IMG/VR virus record: IMGVR_UViG_3300020204_004581
Source: a virus
Direction: 5' to 3' (one strand)
DNA: 64,000 nt
Part shown: piece after piece, positions 57,542 to 64,000 of the stretch
How the letters are laid out: each line of letters begins with the position of its first letter
Numbering within the stretch: the first letter of the stretch is position 1
Program-made: the position numbers and the translations under genes
Notes under the pieces: generated by a model
What the model saw: only the letters and a program-made list of their open reading frames with translations
Database searches by the model: none
What the model was told of the DNA's origin: nothing

Positions 57542-59403
57542 TATGCCATTACAATTTCACAGGCACCTCCCGCACAAGCTACTTCGCCTGAGAGATCAGT
57601 ATTATCGTCAACTTCAATAATTTTTGAAAGATCAATGTCTTTGAGTGGTTTTAATAACTCTTCGTATTTTTCTTTTGTACAATCTTCAAATGGAGCTTGG
57701 ATATATGTTCCACCGTCGTATGGTAAAACTGAAAGTCCATTGTAGTGATCTCGGTTTTCCCACATCCACTCCCCAACAGCCGGCCACTCGTGTTCTCTGA
57801 TTGAGATTGTTGCCGATACATTGTGTGTGTTACTTCCTGTTCTGTGACCTCCTTTTACCCACTCAAGGTGTACCTTTTTTACTCTTTCCAATAATTGAAT
57901 TGGTGATTCGTTTCTGATTATTGCTCCATCGGGGGATTTTTGTGGTATGCCAATGACCGCTGTGTCGTGTGGTCTGAAATATTCGTCCTCGATAAGTTCA
58001 GGATGATTATTCTTTAGGTAAGAATATATTGCTTCGTTTTTGCCTACTCTCACTCTACGGATGTAGTGATCATTGTGCCAAGCGTGAATACCTGAAGATG
58101 TACCAAGTGTAAGTGATGTTGTACCCGCGGGTTTTACAGTTGTACATCTAGCCGCTTTGTTGATACCTATTAGGTCTGCAACTCTTTCGTTTTCTTCTTT
58201 GACAACTTTAGCCGCAGATTTCATGTTAAGTCCAATAACCGCGCCTGATCCAATACCTGTCATAGAGATTCCAACAAGAGCGTCTTTTTCTGTTGTTCTT
58301 TTCCATATTGGTCTAAGATAATGAAAATTAGTATATCCTGCCTGTAATGTACCAATAAATGATGCTGCTTTAACTCTTGATTCGTAGTCCTCTTGTGATA
58401 CGACATTTGATACGTTCACCTCTGTAAGATTACAAAATTGGAATGGGCGAAGTGCAATTTCACAACAAGGATTTGTTCCCCAATCTTTATCATTACTCAA
58501 GTAAATACCGGGTTCACCAGCTCCGCTTACTTCGATTCTCTTCCATAAATCCATGAAATATTCTTTATCAATCTTATGTCTCATAAGAGTTACAGAGTTG
58601 TTAGCTCTTCCTCTTTGTGGATTTGTTTCCCACCATGATCCACTCTTAGATCCAATCATCTCATCGTCCGATGCAGAGAATAAAGAGATAAGTGCCGCTC
58701 TTCTGATACCACCAGCAAGAACTGCGTCAGCTATGTGACATACCATATCGTGAACTTCGATCGGTCTTAGTTTTTCTCCATCTTCTTTTGAATCTAAGAT
58801 ACCTTCAAGTTTGATAAGACACTCTTTCAATGGTTGAGGACCAGGAGCTTTACCTCCTGATGTGACAAGACGGGCACCTTTCGGTCTTATGTCAGAAAAA
58901 TCAAATTCAATCTTTGAACCACCGAAGAAATAAGACTTGACTAAAACCTTAACGGCATCTGCCCAACCTTCAATAGAATCAGCTACCAACCATCTTCTTC
59001 CTCTATCTTTGTTTGGTTTTCTAATTTCTGGTATTTGTTCTACGTGATGTTTTTGAACTGAGTAACCAACACCTGTTCCACCTAATAAAAGGAACATGAT
59101 TTCTGAGAATACTCTCCAATCATCAACTGGAACAAATGCACAGTTGTAAATTCTGTTGGGTGATATCTCAATTGGTTTCCCTGCAAATTGCATTGATCTC
59201 ATAGATGGGAGAACTTGTTTCTTGTAAACGTACATGTAGTTCTCACGAATTTCTTTTTCTAATTTGGGATACATCTTAATATGCATCTGCATGTTTCTTG
59301 TTACGAGCTCTTGCCAAGTCTCTCTTCTCTTCAACTCAGGGATATACTTAGCGTATTTCATGTACACTGTGATGTCTGAGAGAATTCGGTTTGAAATGTC
59401 CAT
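57541..59403 (-). CDS. nrdJ: class II (adenosylcobalamin-dependent) ribonucleotide reductase
   Basis: KYAK..RRETW, PSMR, YNC, TNPCCEI, VKPAGT, QAPFE, C-terminal CAGGACE; no nrdB partner nearby. Confidence 0.93.
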   Translation of the reverse strand: MDISNRILSDITVYMKYAKYIPELKRRETWQELVTRNMQMHIKMYPKLEKEIRENYMYVYKKQVLPSMRSMQFAGKPIEISPNRIYNCAFVPVDDWRVFSEIMFLLLGGTGVGYSVQKHHVEQIPEIRKPNKDRGRRWLVADSIEGWADAVKVLVKSYFFGGSKIEFDFSDIRPKGARLVTSGGKAPGPQPLKECLIKLEGILDSKEDGEKLRPIEVHDMVCHIADAVLAGGIRRAALISLFSASDDEMIGSKSGSWWETNPQRGRANNSVTLMRHKIDKEYFMDLWKRIEVSGAGEPGIYLSNDKDWGTNPCCEIALRPFQFCNLTEVNVSNVVSQEDYESRVKAASFIGTLQAGYTNFHYLRPIWKRTTEKDALVGISMTGIGSGAVIGLNMKSAAKVVKEENERVADLIGINKAARCTTVKPAGTTSLTLGTSSGIHAWHNDHYIRRVRVGKNEAIYSYLKNNHPELIEDEYFRPHDTAVIGIPQKSPDGAIIRNESPIQLLERVKKVHLEWVKGGHRTGSNTHNVSATISIREHEWPAVGEWMWENRDHYNGLSVLPYDGGTYIQAPFEDCTKEKYEELLKPLKDIDLSKIIEVDDNTDLSGEVACAGGACEIVMA

Positions 59404-59438
59404 TTTTTTGTGAATTTTTATAAATACTAATTTATGAA

Positions 59439-59543
59439 AAAATCGAGGATTTTAAATGATAAATATAGGTCCATCATCTAATCTACCCGATTTTGAATAA
59501 AAAAATCTCCGTTTTTTTTAGTTTTTTTTTCAAACGAAGAGAT
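59439..59543 (-). terminator. two tandem imperfect hairpins between the helicase and nrdJ
   Basis: 59504-59543 is a ~10-bp stem followed by a U-tract; 59439-59494 is a ~20-bp interrupted stem followed by a U-rich tract. G-U pairs in the longer stem favour the minus strand. Confidence 0.5.
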
Positions 59544-59545
59544 AT

Positions 59546-60928
59546 TTAATTTATTTTTTTTTGTTCTTCTCTTTGCTTTCTTTTATCGAGAAGTTCTTTG
59601 ACTCGATCCGATTTTTTTTGTTCTTGTTGTTCTTCAAATCCTAAAAAGGTTACAGAAGTATCGGTGTCAATTTCCAAAAGTTCGTTGTTAAACTTACAGT
59701 TTTCAAAAACGACACCATCTTTACCAATACGAGACTTAGTAATCGCAATCGTAGCTAAATTTAACTCTTTCTGTTGAAGAGTTTTAGCTACAGAAATGAT
59801 TACGTGTCCGACTTGAGCTTTTTTAATTGATCCACCCATTTGATCGGTTGTTACAACTTCAGATGAAATTGAACTTCTATTACCTTGTGTTGCAGTCCAA
59901 CCGACTAATCCAAGTTCGTGACACATGGCTTCAAAATGTCTCATGACTGATCCTTCGCTTTTCCACTCATCACCCAAAACTTTTTCGGGCATTACACAAT
60001 CTATGTAATCCAATACAACCAAATCTACTTTATTACCATCAGCTATCATTTTACGGATTTGATTTTTTATTTGTAACATTGTAAGTGAATCAGATGGAAG
60101 TTTTTTTAGAATCAATTTGTTTTTCATTGAGTTTTGAATTTCATCTATCTTCTCAAATACTTTTTCTTTGTGTAACACAAGTTTATCAGGCTCTATACCT
60201 GTCCATATTGTAAAATGTTTTCTTTGTATAATTTTTGGATTGTCCTCAAAGAATACTTGAACAACATTGAAACCCATGTTAAATGCTGTGTTAGCTATTT
60301 TTGTCAGGATAGTTGTTTTACCGACACCGGTAGGCGCAAGTATCACACCAATCTCACCTTTTGCTAGTCCACCCTTAAGAAGATTGTCAATACCTCTAAT
60401 TCCCATCGGTACTGGTGATCTGAAATCCTCATCTAAAACCACATCTAAATTAGCAAAAACATCTCCAGTACCCAATTCACGTTCTCCAACTTGGATAGCA
60501 TCTCTAACTAGTTCTTCAACTTTGTCATAGGATTCGAAATCACCTTCATCGATTATTTTCTGAGCTTGTTTCATTGCTTTCTGTAACTCCTGTTGTTTAC
60601 AGAACTTCAAAGCTTTTTCTTGTACAAAAATGCTACCGTCAAAAGGGGCGTCTTTTACTTGTTTGATTGTATCCAAAATTATTTTCAGGACCATCTCAGT
60701 CGAGATTTCAGATTTAGCAATCTGTTCCAAGGTTTCGAAGGTTGGGGTGGATTGGTATTTCGTGTAATACTCCTTTACCATCGCAACAATCATTTTAAAG
60801 TATTTGTTGTCGAAATAAGAAGTTTCCAAGACATTTACTATCGTCTGTGAAAACTCCTTGTCTTCTATAATCTGATTGATTAATTGAACCTGAAATGTAT
60901 TACCTAAATAATCGAAATTTTTTTGCAT
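59546..60928 (-). CDS. replicative DnaB/gp41-like helicase
   Basis: GGLAKGE, APTGVGKT, LDYID, TATQGNR, KSRIG. Confidence 0.93.
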   Translation of the reverse strand: MQKNFDYLGNTFQVQLINQIIEDKEFSQTIVNVLETSYFDNKYFKMIVAMVKEYYTKYQSTPTFETLEQIAKSEISTEMVLKIILDTIKQVKDAPFDGSIFVQEKALKFCKQQELQKAMKQAQKIIDEGDFESYDKVEELVRDAIQVGERELGTGDVFANLDVVLDEDFRSPVPMGIRGIDNLLKGGLAKGEIGVILAPTGVGKTTILTKIANTAFNMGFNVVQVFFEDNPKIIQRKHFTIWTGIEPDKLVLHKEKVFEKIDEIQNSMKNKLILKKLPSDSLTMLQIKNQIRKMIADGNKVDLVVLDYIDCVMPEKVLGDEWKSEGSVMRHFEAMCHELGLVGWTATQGNRSSISSEVVTTDQMGGSIKKAQVGHVIISVAKTLQQKELNLATIAITKSRIGKDGVVFENCKFNNELLEIDTDTSVTFLGFEEQQEQKKSDRVKELLDKRKQREEQKKIN

Positions 60929-60968
60929 ATATGTATGTCCCCACTACCCTTGAATTTATAAATACCTC

Positions 60969-61418
60969 CTATACTAACTCAATTCCACAGTATTCGTGAT
61001 TTAATTCTGTTTTTGAAAAAATGTCAGTCAGTGATGAAAGGATCTCTTTCAAATATGGTCTTACATCCACTGTATAACGAACTTTTGGAGGATAATTTTT
61101 TCCATCAAAAATTCTATGACAAATTGTCTCATCTCCAACTTTTACATAAAGATGAAAAACTTCGGGTCCTTCTGTAAAAGAGGTCTCCATGATTTTTTGG
61201 TCATGAATGATTGCCTCCTTATTGTCTAACATATAGACAACAGTCTTCATCTTCAGGTATTGGTGAAGAGTTTCTTTAACTCCATACATGTACTCGTACA
61301 AGTCGGTTGATAGTCTTGCCTTTGGATTGTAACCTCTAACGTTAAAAAATCTTTGGACGACAATGTTGTCATTAAGTGTAAGAAGGAATTCCATCTTAAC
61401 TTGATCTTGCTCTTTCAT
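60969..61418 (-). CDS. conserved hypothetical protein (replication module)
   Basis: 149-aa ORF between the exonuclease and the helicase. Confidence 0.8.
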   Translation of the reverse strand: MKEQDQVKMEFLLTLNDNIVVQRFFNVRGYNPKARLSTDLYEYMYGVKETLHQYLKMKTVVYMLDNKEAIIHDQKIMETSFTEGPEVFHLYVKVGDETICHRIFDGKNYPPKVRYTVDVRPYLKEILSSLTDIFSKTELNHEYCGIELV

Positions 61419-61424
61419 GTTTTA

Positions 61425-62447
61425 TTAGTTTTTGTTTTTTCGTTTTTCTTTTCGTATCAACTTCATAAATGGTTTGAGGAAATTGACCCACGCTTCATCG
61501 TTTTTTGGTAGGTATTTGAATAATCCATCTGCCATCATATATTTCATCAAGTTTTTATATCCCCTATCTGTGGGATCGAGTTCTTCAGTATGAATGGACT
61601 CAACAAGTTGTTTTCCTTCATCTGTAATTAGTGGATTTTTTAAATCCACAATCAGTTTGTTTATTCGGTAGTATTCTTCTCCAAGTATACCCTTTTTTGT
61701 TCTTCCAGTCAAAATATTATTGATAACTTTTATAGGTTTTTGTTGTGGGATATTTCGTACATTATCAATAATTTCTTCGACTGTGCATGATTTTTCCAAC
61801 ATTTGTGGAAATAATTTCACCAATGTTTTTTCACCTAAACCTTCAATACCATCAATATTATCTGACTTATCCCCCATCAGTATTTTACACACTATGACAT
61901 TCTCGTGAGGTACATCAATATCTTTGAATTTTATTTTTTCTCCGAACTTGTGTATCTGTTTTGACACAGGTGAGTAAATTGATACTCTTGGACTTATTAA
62001 TTGTGTCAAGTCTTTGTCCGCTGAGAATATTGTAATTGTTTCTTTTGTAGCGACGGAACAATAGTGTGCTATCAGGTCATCCGCTTCGTTATCTTTTATC
62101 TCCACTTGTCGAACAAAAACTTCCTCCAAATACTGTTTTACTCTACCCTTCTGTGTAAGATAGGACTCGTATTTGTATTCGTTCATGCTAACTCTACGAT
62201 TGGCCTTATATTCAGGATATATTTTTTTTCTAGTGGATGAATTTGAATCACCATCCCAAAATACAACAACTTTATCGTATTCTATCTCCTCTAAAAATCT
62301 ACGTAATGTATTAATGAAGTGATATACTCCTCCGATGTGATTACCGTCGTAAAATAGTTCTTTGACCCCGTGAAATCCAATTTTGAATAGGTTATCCCCA
62401 TCCACCAATAATGTCTTAGTCACATAATCTATTTTACAGGTTGTCAA
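61425..62447 (-). CDS. 5'-3' exonuclease / flap endonuclease (T4 RNase H / PolI N-terminal-like)
   Basis: LLVDG, YKANR, EADDLIA, SADKDL.QL, GDKSDNI.GI.GLGEKT. Start is TTG 62447 or GTG 62423. Confidence 0.93.
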   Translation of the reverse strand: MTTCKIDYVTKTLLVDGDNLFKIGFHGVKELFYDGNHIGGVYHFINTLRRFLEEIEYDKVVVFWDGDSNSSTRKKIYPEYKANRRVSMNEYKYESYLTQKGRVKQYLEEVFVRQVEIKDNEADDLIAHYCSVATKETITIFSADKDLTQLISPRVSIYSPVSKQIHKFGEKIKFKDIDVPHENVIVCKILMGDKSDNIDGIEGLGEKTLVKLFPQMLEKSCTVEEIIDNVRNIPQQKPIKVINNILTGRTKKGILGEEYYRINKLIVDLKNPLITDEGKQLVESIHTEELDPTDRGYKNLMKYMMADGLFKYLPKNDEAWVNFLKPFMKLIRKEKRKNKN

Positions 62448-63445
62448 TCTTCTTTTTCTTCTTTCAAATCAAAGTCGCCTTCAGCTCCGATGATGTCTTT
62501 CCAATAGTCTGCATATTCTTTTTTGTAAGCTTCTATAGAAGATTTTTCTTCGGTGGTATCTTTACCCGCCAAAAAACCGTGAGGTGTAACGATAATTCTC
62601 CCATCGTCGTACCCTAAACCATTGATATGATTTTTCATAACAGATACTTTACTCCTGACAGCGAATTTGACTGTTCTCTTGTCTTTGGTCGCAGTAATCT
62701 TTGTTGTACCAGCACCTTTCTGATTACCGAAAAGAAATACTAAAGAGGAGTTTAACCAAACTGATTCCCCTCCCTTAGCTTTTATCTTTGGTTGTCCAAA
62801 TGGATTGTCAGGTAATTCAACCCATGGTTGATTGATAATGATAAGAGTGTTCTCATACTCTGTATCAGACTTCCTTGAGCCCGAGATTCTTTGATTGATT
62901 CCCATACCAATTTTATCTGACAAAACTGATGCGTTGTGTTGTTTTCCACCTTTACCCTCGTAAGTCATTTTACAAGGAACAGATCCGACTGAGTCCCAAA
63001 TAAAACATAAACTGTAGTTCAATTCACCCTTCTCTTGAGCATCTAAGAGCTGATTGATGTAATCAGTGATTTGTTCAATATAGCTAAAATTGTTATTAAA
63101 TAAGAAAAAACCATCCCAATCCATTTCTCCGGTCTCGGGATCGACTACTTCTTCGCATTGAAGACCCATCAGTTTAGCATGTTCAAAACTCCATTTCTGT
63201 TCTGTGATTATGAATACAGGAAGCATTTCTTTTTTCTGAGCGTCAACTGCCGCTTTTATTGCTCCAGTAGTTTTTCCAGTATCAGAGTGACCTAAGAACA
63301 TGTTTATATGACCAATTGCAGGACCGGGAAGTCCTACTGCATCCAAAAAATTTGATCCAAGATCCAAAAATCTTTGTGGTTTGTACTTTGCCGAGGTTGA
63401 GAATTTTTTCTTTACGGAATTAAAATCAGTTTTCTTGATTGCCAT
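62444..63445 (-). CDS. RecA/UvsX-like recombinase
   Basis: Walker A GHSDTGKTT, FIWDSVGS, IINQ, GG, KNH. Confidence 0.9.
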   Translation of the reverse strand: MAIKKTDFNSVKKKFSTSAKYKPQRFLDLGSNFLDAVGLPGPAIGHINMFLGHSDTGKTTGAIKAAVDAQKKEMLPVFIITEQKWSFEHAKLMGLQCEEVVDPETGEMDWDGFFLFNNNFSYIEQITDYINQLLDAQEKGELNYSLCFIWDSVGSVPCKMTYEGKGGKQHNASVLSDKIGMGINQRISGSRKSDTEYENTLIIINQPWVELPDNPFGQPKIKAKGGESVWLNSSLVFLFGNQKGAGTTKITATKDKRTVKFAVRSKVSVMKNHINGLGYDDGRIIVTPHGFLAGKDTTEEKSSIEAYKKEYADYWKDIIGAEGDFDLKEEKED

Positions 63446-63656
63446 AAGTATACTTAAAAAATTGTTGTAATGTATTTAACTTATCTGAAGCAGTGGCAAG
63501 TTTATCAACTAACTTGTCCATCTCTTCAATTAGTTGTGGATGTTCTCCGATACCCACAGAGTTTTCCATATAAACCATCAAAGCAGCTTCAGCTTCCAAG
63601 ATTTCACTCTCATATTTCCTTACGAGAGATTCGTACATTTTTTTTTTGATATTCAT
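63426..63656 (-). CDS. small helical conserved phage protein
   Basis: VGIGEHPQ motif between two helices. Confidence 0.8.
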   Translation of the reverse strand: MNIKKKMYESLVRKYESEILEAEAALMVYMENSVGIGEHPQLIEEMDKLVDKLATASDKLNTLQQFFKYTYGNQEN

Positions 63657-63672
63657 ATTTTAGTATTGAAAA

Positions 63673-63702
63673 TATGTTCCCGACACAAATGTCGGGAACA
63701 TA
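63673..63702 (-). terminator. intrinsic terminator / perfect hairpin
   Basis: tatgttcccgaca-caaa-tgtcgggaacata 13-bp stem just after the stop at 63710, followed by TTTTC on the minus strand. Confidence 0.8.
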
Positions 63703-63709
63703 ATAAGAA

Positions 63710-64000
63710 TTAGAATGGTAAATCACCATCAACCTCAGAATCTATTTGAAGGTCTGCGTTAGTCGAAGATTTTCCTCCACCCATAGATGTCGTGGATACC
63801 TCATCGTTACCATAAACATATCCACCCTTTTCATTATCCCAACGTGGAACTTCACCTCTTGCGATTGCTTCGAGATATTCAACTGGTTTTTTAGAATAAA
63901 CATCTAACCATGTCAATTCATCGTTGACCCATTGTTTCATCACATCTTTATCTGGATGAACAGAACACGGATCATCATACATTATAGTTGATACTGTTGT
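63710..64000 (-). CDS. C-terminal part of a single-stranded DNA-binding protein (gp32-like), truncated by the window edge
   Basis: Frame is open to the window end; acidic tail ends DGDLPF; adjacent to the recombinase. Confidence 0.75.
   Translation of the reverse strand, partial: TTVSTIMYDDPCSVHPDKDVMKQWVNDELTWLDVYSKKPVEYLEAIARGEVPRWDNEKGGYVYGNDEVSTTSMGGGKSSTNADLQIDSEVDGDLPF

Noticed and set aside
59404-59545. Cobalamin riboswitch
   Set aside because: The region is short and AT-rich, with no B12-box recognised.
57541-63445. Inteins or introns in nrdJ, helicase or recombinase
   Set aside because: Lengths are normal, motifs are contiguous, and no intein or homing-endonuclease signatures are visible.
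1-64000. Stop-codon reassignment
   Set aside because: Conserved genes are full length in the standard code, and TAA, TAG and TGA all end genes at coupled junctions.
1-64000. tRNA/rRNA genes, DGR, transposase or integrase
   Set aside because: Intergenic gaps are short and none shows a cloverleaf; no RT, transposase or integrase motifs in the ORF track.

Overview
This window is a fragment of a large lytic tailed-phage genome (contractile-tail, T4-like replication logic, standard genetic code), almost entirely coded on the minus strand. The host is most likely Bacteroidota: there are exact TTTG-N20-TAnnTTTG promoters, A-rich SD-less initiation regions and SprB-type repeats. Left to right it contains: (1) a nuclease/recombination block (PvuII-like endonuclease, Rad50/gp46, Mre11/gp47, PD-(D/E)xK nuclease, primase, RuvC) with two lysyl-hydroxylase-like 2OG-Fe(II) genes; (2) Pro/Thr-rich, Cys-rich and SprB-repeat virion proteins; (3) a sugar-modification island with two FkbM methyltransferases, a NeuD/PglD acetyltransferase, a short DegT aminotransferase, a GT4 + Aah/TibC-type protein heptosyltransferase fusion, split HldE kinase and nucleotidyltransferase, a HAD phosphatase and a cupin; (4) directly next to it, a 2621-aa Gly-Ser/Thr triplet-repeat fibre protein; (5) baseplate genes (P2 gpI/gp7-like, gp6, gp25); (6) class II ribonucleotide reductase, helicase, 5'-3' exonuclease, RecA/UvsX and the end of an SSB. 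The best candidate for an undescribed system is a phage-encoded NDP-heptose supply plus protein O-heptosyltransferase beside its probable Ser/Thr-rich virion substrates, i.e. a self-made virion glycan coat. All family calls come from motif recognition by eye; no searches were run. Three small ORFs missed by the ORF track were found by hand.
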